The position numbers and the translations under genes are program-made. A stretch of 64,000 nt of DNA from assembly GCA_951406725.2 (NCBI GenBank), contig OX597814.1:172360001-172424000 (forward strand), given 5' to 3'. This DNA is from Octopus vulgaris (Eukaryota). Below, piece after piece: positions 13,313-28,512 of the stretch. Position 1 is the first letter of the stretch. Every line of letters starts with the position of its first letter. The notes under the pieces were generated by a model that had not been told where the DNA came from, made no database searches, and saw only the letters and a list, made by a program, of their open reading frames with translations.

Positions 13313-13482
13313 TTAATATGAAGTAATCAGATCTGACATGGTCTAAGCTGCAGCAACACTAGAAACACAACCGAATAGCCTTCAAGTCACACCCTACTTA
13401 CAGCTAATTACATCTTAGAAATGTAATTACAGTAAATAATCTAATCATACATTTTAAAGTTTTATATACACAATGTGTTTAT

Positions 13483-13682
13483 AGGCGCAGAGTGGCTGTG
13501 TGGTAAGTAGCTAGCTTACCAACTACATGATTCTGGGTTCAGTCCCACTGCGTGGCACTTTGGGCAAGTGACCTCTACTATAGCCTCGGGCTGACCAAAG
13601 CCTTGTGAGTGGATTTGGTAGACGGAAACTAAAAGAAGCCCGTCGTATATATGTATATATATATTTATATATATATATATAG

Positions 13683-13750
<68 letters not shown>

Positions 13751-13950
13751 CTGTATTCGTCCCCCCAACATCGCTTGACAACCGATGCTGGTGTGTTTAC
13801 GTCCTCGTAACTTAGCTGTTCGGCAAACTAGACCGGTAGAATAAGTACTAGGCTTACAAAGAATAAGTCCCGGGGTCGATTTGCTCGACTGAAGGCGGTG
13901 CTCCAGCATGGCCGCTGTCAAATGACTGAAACATGTAAAAGAGTTAAAGA
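13483..13950 (+). mobile_element. SINE family A, full length, with internal (TA)/(TG) microsatellite
   Basis: tRNA-like head with A box (tggctgtgtgg) and B box (ggttcagtccc), body, and tail ggcggtgctccagcatggcc...tgactgaaac..gtaaaagag. Confidence 0.92.
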
Positions 13951-14302
13951 CAATGTCTGAAAATCATAAGATCTACTCGTCACTGCTGGAATACCAATTA
14001 TATGATGAAAAGTTTACCTGTCTGCGGATCACAATTGTTTGACTTACAGCTACAGGTCACAGTCGGAACACAAAACTATTTTTTTTGACTTGCTACCTTC
14101 GGACCAATCACGGATGTAATACCAGTTAAACTACGAAAAGTTTACATTTTTGCAGATCGCACCTGACCTTTCCACTTACGGATGGAATTTTGGTAGGCGT
14201 ACATTCAGGCTCTCTTCCGCTTGATATCAATTACTGGCCCAGATCAACTTTCATCCTTTTAGATATGATAAATAATGTAGCAGACCTGGAGTCAGTTGTC
14301 TA

Positions 14303-14335
<33 letters not shown>

Positions 14336-14650
14336 TTCTCTTTGTCACTTTCTCTCTCCATCTTCCTCACCACCATCTCTCTTGTTCTCTTTGTCTTTCT
14401 ATGTCTTTTCTATCCCCCCCTCTGTACTGCACATGTGATTCAATGGCTAAGATTTGTGTCTAAGAATTATGTTAAGGTTACACGCAACTGTGGAACGCTC
14501 AGCTACTAACGCGTTAATTTCAGGATTTGGCTGCGCAACTGAATGTTCACCGTCGAGACCGACGCACACTCAGATCTACCATTCATTTTATAACTTCGAT
14601 TCAGTAATGTATAGATGAGATAATGATGTGTATGTGTATATATATATGTG

Positions 14651-14882
14651 TTTCTTTATTGCCCACAAGGGGCTAAACATAGAGGGGACAAACAAGGACA
14701 GACAAACGGATTAAGTCGATTACATCGACCCCAGTGCGTAACTGGTACTTAATTTATCGAGCCCGAAAGGATGAAAGGCAAAGTCGACCTCGGCGGAATT
14801 TGAACTCAGAACGCAACGACAGACTCAATACCGCTAAGCATTTCGCCCGGTGTGCTAACGATTCTGCCAGCTCGCCGCCTTA
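14651..14882 (-). mobile_element. SINE family B, full length
   Basis: Minus strand: aaggcggcgagctggcag...gagttcaaattccgccgaggtcgactttgcctttcatcctttcggg...ccccttgtgggcaataaagaaa. Confidence 0.92.
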
Positions 14883-15450
14883 TGTGTATATGTATGTGTG
14901 TGTGTGAGTATGTGTGTAGATACATATGTATATGGTGGCTGCCCCCTCGTTATCGTTTATAGCCATTGCACGAAGCTTAATCAATGTTGTTATCGTGCAA
15001 TGCCTATGCAAGAAGATTTTTTTTTAAATGAGTAAGGTAAACTGAAATTATGTATACATACATACATACATACATACATACATACATACATACATACATA
15101 CATACATACATACATACATGCATACATAAATACATACATACATACAAACATACATGCAAACATACATACATACATACATACATACATACATACATACATG
15201 CATACATACATACATACATACATACATACATACATACATACACACATACATACATGTATACATACATGCATACATACATACATACATGCATACATACACA
15301 CATACATACATACATACGTATATACATAAATACATGCATACATACACACATACACACATACATACATACATATCAATTTCGACAAGAGGAATGATTGTAA
15401 CATTGAAGTTTCGATTTGCTCAACAATTATGTGTGTGTGCATGTGTGCGT

Positions 15451-15488
<38 letters not shown>

Positions 15489-15599
15489 ATGTGTGCGTAC
15501 GTATGTGTGTGCGTGTGTGTGCGTGTGTACGTGTGTGTGTGTTGCCTCATCACTCTTATCATGGCTTCTTCAGTTACCTAGTTGAGTTACTCATTTAGC

Positions 15600-16043
15600 T
15601 TTTTAAAGCTAAGTTCAATAAATATGTCTTTGTATGTTTTGCTTTGCGTATTTATTCTCATGCATATAGTTGCATATCTAGACTTGCTCATATATATTTA
15701 AATGATACACTTCTAGAAAGTTTTACAGATTTTTACAGTTCCCGTGATGGATTGAATCTGTAGCCTTCGAATTAGCTTTCTCCTTTCTGGTTTTGAGAAG
15801 CCAAATTTCTCATGATTGGTATTTAGAAAGTGTGTTACATATCCCTGGACCCCAATAATTACAGGTATAAACCTGAACTTATAATCTGGATAGAGTAACT
15901 GCAGATTTCTCACTGATCCTCGGCTTTATGTTAACATCTGCTGGGTAGCTAATTTCCACGACTGTACACAGTTTCTTTTCTCTGTCCCAGATCATTATAT
16001 CGGGTCTTTTTTGCTTACATTTTTTTGAGGTCTTCACTGGGGC
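15600..16043 (-). mobile_element. R4/Dong-like non-LTR retrotransposon 3' end (restriction-like endonuclease domain)
   Basis: Minus-strand translation KRPDIMIWDREKKLCTVVEISYPADVNIK (RPD...E..P motif) continues, after a deletion, into PVIIGVQGYV...LQIQSITGTVKICKTF*. Confidence 0.8.
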
Positions 16044-16419
16044 ATGTATGTATGTATATATCTATATATGTGTATGCATGTTTGTTTTATTCTTTCTCGC
16101 CTCATATATGCGTTCCATATATAATATGATAAACTAATTTACTAATTAAAAGTTACGATGACTAGTGCAGCATTCAGTACCCAAACCTATTGATTCAAAC
16201 ATTTGCAGTGCCTGGGAAAATTTGTACAGTATATATAATAAATATGCTTTTCCTTTCTGCAATAACCAAAGTCTGGAATAGCCATTTCTAAACGTTACTG
16301 ATGCTAGTCAGATAGCTAACTCTTTCGCTAGCTATCATCTACAAGTGTTGCTATTTTTTCTTTTAACTTCCCTTTTAATTTTCTGTCCATTCCCCTATTA
16401 CTATTTCCATTGTTTTATG

Positions 16420-17090
<671 letters not shown>

Positions 17091-17567
17091 TCTAGTTTAT
17101 TTTGCCATTCTCCTACACTAACCATGTAATTATATATTTGTCACGTGTGCGATTGGGACATCGTATTCATTCTCCATTAATTCACTACCACAACACCAAT
17201 AACACTAAACAATGATATGACCAACAACATCGTCAAGAACAGCAACAATAACACCAACTACAATTGTAGCAACAACAATGAAGATAAAAAAAAATAAGCC
17301 AGGCAGATTACTAAAGAAACAAGAAATTACACGAATAAATAAAAATAAGAAGGAAATTGAATGAATGAGTGAATGAACGAATGAATGAATAAATAAATAA
17401 ATAAATAAATAGAATTGAAGATCCGCGCCATAGATGAGATAAGAATGGACGACACAATGAACGAAAGGAAAGAATAGATTCTGTAAATCTGCTTCGTGTA
17501 GAGGCTGAATGCTGGATAGCGAAGAAGAGACGAGTGATTAGAGAAGGAGAGGAAAGAATGAGATAGG

Positions 17568-17644
<77 letters not shown>

Positions 17645-17646
<2 letters not shown>

Positions 17647-17804
17647 GTTTCTTTATTGGCCACACAGGGCTGCACACAGGTGGGACAAGTTACAAGGTAG
17701 AGCTTTTCTTTTGGGGGAGAAAAAATAGGTGGCGTAGGTTTTCGATCAAAAGGGATCGTAAAAGGGAAAAAAGAACAAAAAAAAGAACAAGAAAAAGAAA
17801 AAAG

Positions 17805-17805
<1 letters not shown>
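17645..17805 (-). mobile_element. LINE 3' end embedded in (GATA)n
   Basis: The minus strand ends cttgtcccacctgtgtgcagccctgtgtggccaataaagaaac, with (GATA)n on both sides. Confidence 0.6.
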
Positions 17806-17864
<59 letters not shown>

Positions 17865-18392
17865 TAGGAAGGTAGGTAGGTAGACAGGTAGATAGACAGA
17901 TAGATAGATTGATAGGTAGATAGACAGAGAGACAGCCAGATAGATAGATAGATTGACAAGCAGACAGATAGATAGACGGACGGAAAAAGAGAGAGAGGGA
18001 GAGACAGACAAATAGATAGATAGGCAGATAGACAGTGAGACAGAAATGTAGTGAGAGAGACGACATAAAATATGGAGTATGAAAACATAGAGATATGGAG
18101 GAAGTGAAATGGAGAGAGTAAGATAGTAATAGGGAGAAAAAGAGGAGGAGAAGGTGACAACGTGATCAAATAAGGTAGATGATAGAAATGAGAGAGAAAT
18201 TAGTAGAGAGAAGTAGTTAGAGAGGCGAAGAGAGAAAGAATTTTAAAAGGAATGTTAGTGAAAGTGGAAGAGATTATACAGAGATATGAAGTGAAACAGA
18301 TGTAAGGATAAAAATAACGGTTTGAGGATGAAGAAAAAAGATAAGGAGTTAATATGACAAAGTAGTGATAGAAAGGAAAAAACAAACAATAG

Positions 18393-18430
<38 letters not shown>

Positions 18431-18540
18431 GAGAGGAGAAGAGGGAGAGAGAGAGTGTGAGAATAAGAGAGATAAGGGGAGAGAGAGAGAAATGAAATAA
18501 GAGACGGTATGGTAAAGCAGGAAAAAATGATGGAATGACT

Positions 18541-18582
<42 letters not shown>

Positions 18583-18758
18583 CAGGGAGAAAGAAAGGGA
18601 GAAAGAGAGAGAGAGACAAAGCGAGATGGAGAGGGAGAGAGAGACGGAGAAGATAGAGAGAAAGGGAAAGAGAGAGAAAAATATGTGTTTAAATGTACAC
18701 TGTATTTATATGAATAATATATAGTCTATTGACTAAATTTTATATTATATTATATTAT

Positions 18759-18806
<48 letters not shown>

Positions 18807-19228
18807 ATATAGAGATGTAGTTCTGTACCTTGATGACATTTTTCAGCAGCTGCTAATCACGTGTGTGATGTCTTCCACAGAATTATAGCATAATCTACAT
18901 TTGTGGTTGCATTTAGAACTCCAAGGGTTTCACTGTCTCTTCTCTTAATTAGGTATTTAGTAATAATCACCTGCTCTTGGATTCTAAATGTGCGCTTTTC
19001 AAGTGTGTTGGGATGCAGCGGTCATGAGGTCAAGAGAGTCTTCGCTTCATGTCGATATTTCTGTCTTCGAGAAACATACCCATCATGGCCTTTTTGTTTT
19101 TTGTATGCTGTATGTATGTATGTATGTATGTATGTATGTATGTATGTATGTATGCATGCATGTATGTATGTATGTATGTATGTATGTATGTATGTATGCA
19201 TGTATGTATGTATGTATGTATGTATGTA

Positions 19229-19347
19229 TGGGCTTCCTTGCCCAGATTGGCCTCACCAGCCACCTCCGGTCTCATAGCGGCAGTTCCACCAGATGATGTC
19301 AGTGGTCATCTTCGAACCCGAAGGACGAACATTATTATTATTATTAT
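19229..19347 (+). mobile_element. RTE-clade LINE 3' end
   Basis: Translates GFLAQIGLTSHLRSH (RTE C-terminal IGLxSHxRxH motif), then a stop, a short UTR and an (ATT)n tail. Confidence 0.75.
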
Positions 19348-19606
19348 GTATGTATGTATGTAAATATGTATGTATGCAGAATCCTGAAAAGCAGAGTAAT
19401 CTAGCATTTTGTTGGCCAGTCCTAAGCTACCTTGATCACAGAAATTTAAGATAAAGACATTGAGAAAAAATTTTAGTGAGAAATCGTAAGTTTCCAGTAG
19501 AAAGTGAAATTGAACCTGTATGCATATTATATATATATTACGTTAGATTCTTTGGCCGGTAACTGATGAGGAGTTGGATTCCTTCTTTGTCTGAATTCCG
19601 TTTCGC

Positions 19607-19828
19607 CTCTTTTACTCTTTTATTCATTTACTTGTTTCAGTCATTTGACTGTGGTCATGCTGGAGCACCGTCTTAAGTCGAACAAATCGACCCCCAAGAC
19701 TTATTCTTTGAAAGCCTAGTACTTATTCTGTCGGTTTCTTTTGCCGAATCGCTAAGTTACGGGGACATAAACACTCCATCATCAGTTGTCAAGCGATGTT
19801 GGGGGGACAAACACAGACACACACATGC

Positions 19829-19878
<50 letters not shown>

Positions 19879-20057
19879 TTGTGTGCATATATACGACGGG
19901 CTTTTTTCAGTTTCGGTCTACCAAATCCACTCACAAGGCTTTGATCGGCCCGAGGCTACAGTAGAAGATACTTGACCAAGGTGTCACGTAGTGGGACTGA
20001 ACCCTCAACCATGTGGTTGGTAAGCAAGCTACTTACAACACAGCCATTCCTACACCT
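19607..20057 (-). mobile_element. SINE family A, full length
   Basis: Reverse complement of the copy at 13483. Confidence 0.92.
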
Positions 20058-20392
20058 ACGTCTGTGCATTTACTATATATTTTTTAACTTGCTGTTGTGT
20101 CTGTTTTTGGTTTGTGCATTTACTATACGTTTTTTAACTATTATATATATATATGTGTATATACAGAGAGAAAAGAGAAAGAGAGAGAGAGAGGGGGGAG
20201 GTAAAGTAAAAAAGTGTACTATAATATATATATCTAAACACAACTGACACACAGGCATAAAGTATTAAATACAGTTGATATTCAGAAAATGATAATGTTC
20301 CGTTTTCTTTTCAAAATAGCCCTTGGTATAACACACATACCCTAAATATGTCATGTATTGAGTACTTTTTACTTTACGTGACTATTTCTGTT

Positions 20393-20523
20393 TCAATAGT
20401 TTATGAAGCTGAAGTCACTTCTGTGCTCGAAAGTAAGGAAACACAAAAGAAAATGTATATTGGTACATGCGAAAGTAGTTTTAAGAAAAGATACGCCAAC
20501 CAATCTAAGTCATCCGATGAGTA
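20393..20523 (+). pseudogene. Penelope-like element GIY-YIG endonuclease fragment
   Basis: Translates SIVYEAEVTSVLESKETQKKMYIGTCESSFKKRYANQSKSS, matching the VY...YIG..E..FKxRYxNH pattern of PLE endonucleases. Confidence 0.8.
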
Positions 20524-20656
20524 AATTCTGTGCTCGCTTAACATGATTATGAATATTTTCTAGAGTGAATTATGAATGTCATTGGGGTCCGATTTAAACG
20601 AATAATACTGTAAAATTAACTGTAAAAAATTTAATATAAAATATGCGAAAAGTATC

Positions 20657-21020
20657 GGCGCAGGCGTGGCTGTGTGGTAAGTAGCTCGCTTACCAGCCCC
20701 ATGGTTCCGGGTTCAGCCCCACTGCGAGACACCTTGGGCCGACCAAACCCTTGTGAGTGGATTTGGCAGGCGAAAACCGAAAGAAACCTGTCGTATATAT
20801 TTATATGTGTGTGTGTATGTGTATGTTTGTGTGTCTGTGTTTGTCCCCCACCATCGCTCCCCTACCGATGCTGGTGTGTTTACGTTCCCGTAACTCAGCA
20901 GTTCGGCAAAAGAGGCCGATAGAATGAGTACTATAAAGAATGAGTCCTGGGGTCGATTTGTTCGACTAAAGGTGGTGCTCCAATATGGCTGCAGTCAAAT
21001 AACTGAAACAAATAAAAGAG
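20657..21020 (+). mobile_element. SINE family A with an internal deletion
   Basis: Head, body and tail are colinear with the copy at 13483. Confidence 0.9.
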
Positions 21021-24000
21021 ATGTACCAGTCTGTATTCATTGTAATTGTTTTATATGTGTGTGTATGTGCGTGTATGTGTATGTGTGTCTGTGTGTATGA
21101 ATGTGTTTGTGTGTGTTTGTGTGTATGTATGTACGTTTGTGCGTGCATGCGTGCATGTGTGTGTGTGTGTGGATGTGTGTATCTAATGTGCGGCTGCGTA
21201 CGTATGTAAAGACGTACAATGTATGAAGAAAAGTAAAGTCATGTTAATCGAATGGAAATTTTTGAAATAGCTTCAATTGTTGTTGTTGTTGCTATCGTTC
21301 ATGCAACCGCCGCCTTTTACACTGAAGCCACACCCTTTTCGTTATTTCCCTACGCACATACCATCCTCTGGCTTTCACCTTCTGTGTTTTACTTCGTCAC
21401 CGTTGTCTTCGGTACTGCTGTTATCATTATCATTGTTATTCTTTTTTGTGTTTATGTTTATCAGTTAAATGCGAAAGTACTTAGTTTATCTCCGTTTCTA
21501 CACTCAGATATTTAACATTATTTTCCGAAGTTTAGTTTTATTCTCTTGATATTTTTATTCTCAAATGTTTTTATGGAATTTATTTCCACTTTTATTAATT
21601 AAAAGACAAAATTGTTAAAGTTGTTATTGCCTAAAATTTCTTTATATTTTTTTCCTGTGTTCTTTTTCATTTTGGTGAAGCTGGATGTTTGCTTTTGCTT
21701 TTACATTTCTTGTGAGAACTACTTCGTTAATGTTTATTCCAAATGAATTCTGATCTTGAAGTGGAAATTATTTGCATATTTTATCAGATTTCTTGATAAA
21801 CCACACAGCGAAAACAATAGCAATACGAATAAAAAAGGTAACATCTACAAGGTGGCTAAAACTACTAAAAATAGCAGTTAACTAAAAAAAAATCTTACCT
21901 GAAGAAAAAATGTAGGATACATTAGTCAATGGAATTCTAGAGATAAAAAAATATGACAAAATGCTCATTGCTGAAATGGCTATGATACCAGATCTCTTAG
22001 ATCAGGTCGGAGTACGAGGACTCGCTTGTTACACAGCAAAAATAACTGCAACGGCAACGCCAACAATAATGACTTCTTACGTTTGTACAAAGGAAAAGGA
22101 AGAAATTTATTGAGAAAATAGAACTGCTCTGCCGATTACTTCTACAATAAGAACAACAACAATTTCAGCAGTAGCAACAACAACAACAAGGACAACGAAG
22201 ACGAGCAAGACGACAATGCAACTATACATTACAATTCATTTGAAGAACTGCTGGTATATTGTTAATGAATTCTTTCCTCACTGCTCCTGCGAGCGCTATT
22301 CTTATTGTCTAGTTAACCATTTTCAGTTTTGTTTCGTCTCCACATTTAATGATTCCCCTCACGTATCAAACATTATCAATAACAAGAGCGACAACAATAT
22401 CTGCAATTACATCAATAACAGCAGCTGAAACCACTACAACTCCACAAACAAATGAAAAAGACTCAGCGTGTGTCTTCCAGGCTTCTAAAAACTTCTGCTT
22501 AAATCTTCCTTAATTCTATATAAATCGGTTTTAAAAATTGGATAATGGGTTCATGCATAATTGTATTCCTCACCCACAGCTCCCTCTTTAAAAATGAAGA
22601 TGGTCACGGCTGGAATGCTTTTTGATCGTCGGTGTTCTTTTTCGAAATCTGACTTAGTGGCTTCATCTTTTAGAAATAGCTGTCACGTCTCTCTCGTATC
22701 ATACCCAATATGTTAAACAGGAAGGGGAGCATCGAGTAATAAATACCTACATGTATAATTATTGAACAAGTACAATAAGATGGAATGGTCACAACTGGAA
22801 CTTCGTTGCTTATGCTTGCTGAAATAGGGAGTGATTTAAATTGACACTTATAGCTGCAAAGGTGAAAAATGCAATTGGATTAGTAACATATCGGCAAAAA
22901 CAAAGTAAAACAACAGAAAGCGAATTTCAGTTCACTGATTTTATTAGAGTTATTTCCCTTGCTTGTCCTTAAGATTTCTAATATTTTGATGGCGCTTAAC
23001 CCTGCAGTTTGCAATTAAAGAAAGTAAAGTATATGATGTTAATTTTTGTCTTTGTCGTTGTTTAGCCACTCTGCCGATACGCGGTTTTGCCTACTTCCTT
23101 AAATTGTAAATTCTTAATCCATTGCAAGGGTGGCTGGTTATGAAAATTCTCTTAATGAATTTTTGTTGGTGATATTGTTGTTACTCTCTTTATGGTCGTT
23201 GTTCTTGCTATTGTTGTTTCCGTTCAAGCTATCTTAAAATTGTGGTGGTAAGAGAAGTTGTTTTAAATAATCAATATCGATGAGTTGTTGTAGGTAGTTA
23301 TTGTTTAAGATCCATGTCAGTTTGGCCCTGCATATCAGGCACAGTATCACTGACCATCACATCTAATCTGTCTATCCCTTCTTTAAGAGGGTAACGCATG
23401 GCATAGAGAATATTTGATTGCTATGGCAAGCAGGTGAGGATGCCCTTATTAGTTCATTGTTGCTAACTCTTCTAGCAAAGTTAAGATCATAAACATACAG
23501 GCATTGACTATTATTTGTATCTAGGACTACTATCATCCAATGTCCTTCCTCTTTCGTATTTTCATGGATTAGTTAAAGGAAAAGGGCCAGTGTACATTAC
23601 TTTTTTGTGGAAGGAAACCCACACCTCCTGATCCACAAACATGATGGATATGAACAAGCCAGGTATCTGATCCGAATGTTTATTTTATTGATTCTTTTGT
23701 GCTAAATTTAGTCATTTACAGAGTAGAGTTAAAACGAGTTGCGTATGAAGTTTGTGGCCAAGCCCCCGCCTGTGGTAATTAGTCGGCGAGACTTCGCCGA
23801 CTGTTCCCTTATTGAGGGCTCTAATTGAAAAGAGATGAATGATGTGGTTGGAGTCAATAGATTACTATTTGGACACATGCTCAGGCTTGACTAGTTTATG
23901 TTGGATCACGTAGATAATGGCGTATGCTGTAAGACACGAAACACACAGTGCTCTACCATACAACACAGAAGATATTTCTACGTATTACATCTATTTATTT

Positions 24001-24381
24001 ATTTAGTAAAAAATATTGTGGCCAAAGAACAAGTTATAATATACCCAACAGGATTCAACACAAATTCCATCCACCTGGAGGAGTTCGTAAGTAAAAATAT
24101 AAGTAAATTACAGTGAGTTTATTTGTTAAACCTTTCGAATATTAATGTAAAGATTAATGCGACGCATTCTCTCATTTTCATTTATTCTCTAGATTTTTAT
24201 GGTTAAAGTTTTGCCAATAAATCATTATTTGAATTTTGCATCGTAACTTATTTTCATCAATTAATTTGCTCATAATTGTATGGTCAAAGGTGTTGTCACC
24301 ATAGACATCTTACACACACGCGCTCGCACTGATATACAGACACACATACACGCTTACAAGCACACTCACTCTCTCTATATT

Positions 24382-24420
<39 letters not shown>

Positions 24421-24510
24421 TATACACATGGTATTAGATATTATATGTATATTTACTTATATCAATAAATATACATATATACATACACAGAGTTGAACTG
24501 GCCAATCTGT

Positions 24511-24722
24511 CTCTTTTACTCTTTTATATGTTTCAGTCATTTGAGTGTGGCGATGCTGGAGCACCGCCTTTAGTCGAGCAATCGACCCCGGGACTTATTC
24601 TTTGTAAGCCTAGTACTTATTCTAGCAGTCTCTTTTGCCGAACCGCTGAGTTACGGGGACGTAAACACACCAGCATCAGTTGTCAAGCGATGTTGGGGTG
24701 ACAAATACACTCTTAAGCACAC

Positions 24723-24758
<36 letters not shown>

Positions 24759-24950
24759 GACGGGCTTCTTTCAGTTTCCGTCTACCAAATCCTCTCACAA
24801 GGCTTTGGTCGGCCCGAGGCTATAATAGAAGATACTTGCCCAAGGTGCCATGCAGTGGGACTGAACTCGGAACCATGTGGCTGGTAAGCAAGCTACTTAC
24901 CACACAGTCACTCCCACGCCTATACCTACCACACAGCCACTCCTACGCCT
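24511..24950 (-). mobile_element. SINE family A with duplicated 5' end
   Basis: Reverse complement of the family sequence. The first ~24 nt are present twice (24898-24950). Confidence 0.92.
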
Positions 24951-25559
24951 GTCGTTAATTTTTCTTTAAGAAGATTTAAGATTCTTTAAGATTGTGATAT
25001 GAAGATTAAGCTGTCATTTCTAGCTAGTCAAATGACAATGTAAAGGCCCACTGACTCGCTGTTTAACCCGAAATCAGCTTTTATTGGGTAAACCTGTATT
25101 CTAAACCGATCCAGATGCGACCATACTATTTTTATACCTATAGGGTAACCGGTTAACATTACCCGACGTGTACTTCATTTTCTTTTATATAGTAAGTTGT
25201 GATCTGACAGAAATTTGGCCGTAGTTTCTAGCAGATAAAGAGACACATACATGGTCCATGGCTGGCTGGGTGTATTGAGGATTTGCCAGAGAGTGCGTGA
25301 TGAAAACAATACCCGCCGTAGCTATACTCCCAGCTGTGGATAGTGTCAATGCTGGCACCAATTATAGATGTTGTTGCAGCTGGTAGTGGCATTGTTGTTG
25401 TTGTTGTTATATTCTTCTAGTTCTTGCGTTGCAGCTGGCATTGTTGTTGTTGTTGTTGTTGCTGTAACTGATGAAGCAGATCAATGACACGAGTCTAAGG
25501 AAATTAGTAAGAATCGAGGAGAGGCAAAACAGAATTAGAAGAAAAGAGGAGAGCGAAAA

Positions 25560-25639
<80 letters not shown>

Positions 25640-25766
25640 CAGTAGTAGTAGTGGTGGTGGTGGTGGTGGTGGTGGTGGTAGTAGTAGCAGTAGTAGTAGT
25701 AGTAGTAGTAGTAGTAGCAGTAGTAGTAGTGGTGGTGGTGGTGGTGGTGGTGGTGGTAGTAGTAGC

Positions 25767-25798
<32 letters not shown>

Positions 25799-25821
25799 CA
25801 GTAGCAGCAGTAGCAGTAGTG

Positions 25822-25887
<66 letters not shown>

Positions 25888-26432
25888 CTAGTAGTAGTAG
25901 TAGTAGTAGTAGTTGCGACTGTGGTGGTGGCGGTGGCGGTGGTGCACTATAGGTAGAAGAAAGTGAACTGAAGGAGGAAAACAATAAAATGAGATAACGC
26001 TGATGATGATGATGATGATGATGATAATGATGATGATGATGATGACGACGATCATGATGATGATGAAGATGATGATGATGATATGATTATAATTCCTGAA
26101 AAAAGATGATGATTATGATGATGATGATGATGAGGATGATGATGATAATGATATGATGATGATAATGATGATGAAGATGACGACGATGAAAAGGTTTATG
26201 GCGATGATGTTGGTGATGATGAGGAGGACGTCAATGATTATGGTGGTGGATGTGGTGGTGGTGGTGGTGATTCCACTGCTACTGGTGATGATGCTGAGTG
26301 GAATACAATAATGAAAACATAATATTCATGATGATAATGAAAGACATGTCGAACAAAAAAGGGAATACATGTAGATGAAAGTAAAGAAATGAAGTGGATG
26401 ATGGTGATGATGATGATGACGACGATGATGAC

Positions 26433-26476
<44 letters not shown>

Positions 26477-26477
26477 C

Positions 26478-26547
<70 letters not shown>

Positions 26548-26684
26548 GTGGTGATGATGATGATGATGATGATGATGGTGATGATAAAGAAGATAGTGAT
26601 GATGAAGATGGTGGTGGTGGTGGCGGTGGCGGTAGTGGTGGTGGTGGTGATGATAATGATGGTGTTGTTGTTGGTGGTTGTGAA

Positions 26685-26755
<71 letters not shown>

Positions 26756-26836
26756 AGAAGAAGAAGAAGAAGAAGAAGAAGAAGAAGAAGATAACAGCAA
26801 TAACAGGAGTAAAAAAATGATGATTTTGATGTTGAT

Positions 26837-26907
<71 letters not shown>

Positions 26908-27200
26908 GGATAAAGGGAATAAGAATGAAAAGATGACGAAGAAAAGCTAGACAACGTAGACGCCAATTCCGAAAGAAAATGCTGCTGCTGCTACTGCTGC
27001 TGCTGCTGCTGCTGCTACCTACGACGACGGCCACGACGACAAAGACGCGGCCGATGACAACGGCGACGACAACGTTGATGGTGGTGGCGGTGGTGGTGGT
27101 GGTGGTGGTGGTAGAGGTGTGATGGTGGGTGGTAGTGTGGCTCTTGTAGAAATGATGACGATAATGATGATAGTGATGAAGATGATGCAGAAGACTGACT
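25560..27200. repeat. Trinucleotide microsatellite field (GTA, GGT, GAT, GAA, GCT)
   Basis: Directly visible. Confidence 0.95.
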
Positions 27201-27718
27201 GACTGACTTCACCATGGTTTCTGCAGCAGATATGCAATGCTTGCCGTTCAGCGAGAGTAAGGAAGTTCTGCGTGTCACCGATAATCCATTAATTTTAAAA
27301 CTGGGCCCAGCCAGCTTTAGCAGACTGTCCCTTCTTTTTGCCGCTCCCACACCCTCCCTTCCTTCACATCCCACCGTATCTCCTTCAATTCCTCCGCTCT
27401 ACCACACACACACACATCTTCAAATTTCCCCCTCCTTATTTTCGCCCCTCCCTGTCACATGTCTTCTGTTTATCTTGCGTCAAGCAGAAAGAAAATTACA
27501 TGACCTTTTCACAACGAGGCTGAGCGCACACGCCGGGACACATACACATATATGTACATACATACATACATACATACATACATACATACATACATACATA
27601 CATACATACATACATACATACATACATACATACACACACACATACATATATACATACATGCATGCATGCATGCATACATACATACATACATACATACATA
27701 CATACATACATGCAAACA

Positions 27719-27751
<33 letters not shown>

Positions 27752-28471
27752 GCAGACATACATACATACATACATGCAAACATACATACATACATATATA
27801 CATACATACATACATACATACATACATACATGCATACATACTTACATACATACATACATACATACATATATGCAAAAATACATACGCATACATACATACA
27901 TACACACACACACATACATACATACATACATACATGTATACATACATGTATACATACATACATACATACATACATACATACATACATAGATACACGCAGG
28001 TATACAAAAACACACACGTATACATGCATATATATACACAAACACAAACAGCATACAAACTATACGTATATTCATTCCCTAACTGTAACCAATACTGCTA
28101 AGTTAAAAAACAAAAAGACGAGGGCGTATGCGCATGCGTTTCCACAATACGTGAATATTATACACACTAACAAAAATATTTCATATGAGCACGACACAAT
28201 TAGAATATCTCTCGCAGTATCACTCTTTCTACGTTACATTCTATACACTTCTCTATCGACGACGACGACGATGATGATGACTACCACGATGGTGATGATG
28301 ATAAAGGTGAGGATGTCGACGATGACGACGATGATGATGATGATTCACTCTCTGTCTCTTTGTATCTTTACGTCTTTCTCACCTTTACCGTATATCTTTT
28401 CTAAGCACCTTATGTTCTCATCTGTCTTCGACTCTGTCTCTGTTTCTCTCTCGCTCACGCACACACACGCG

Positions 28472-28512
<41 letters not shown>

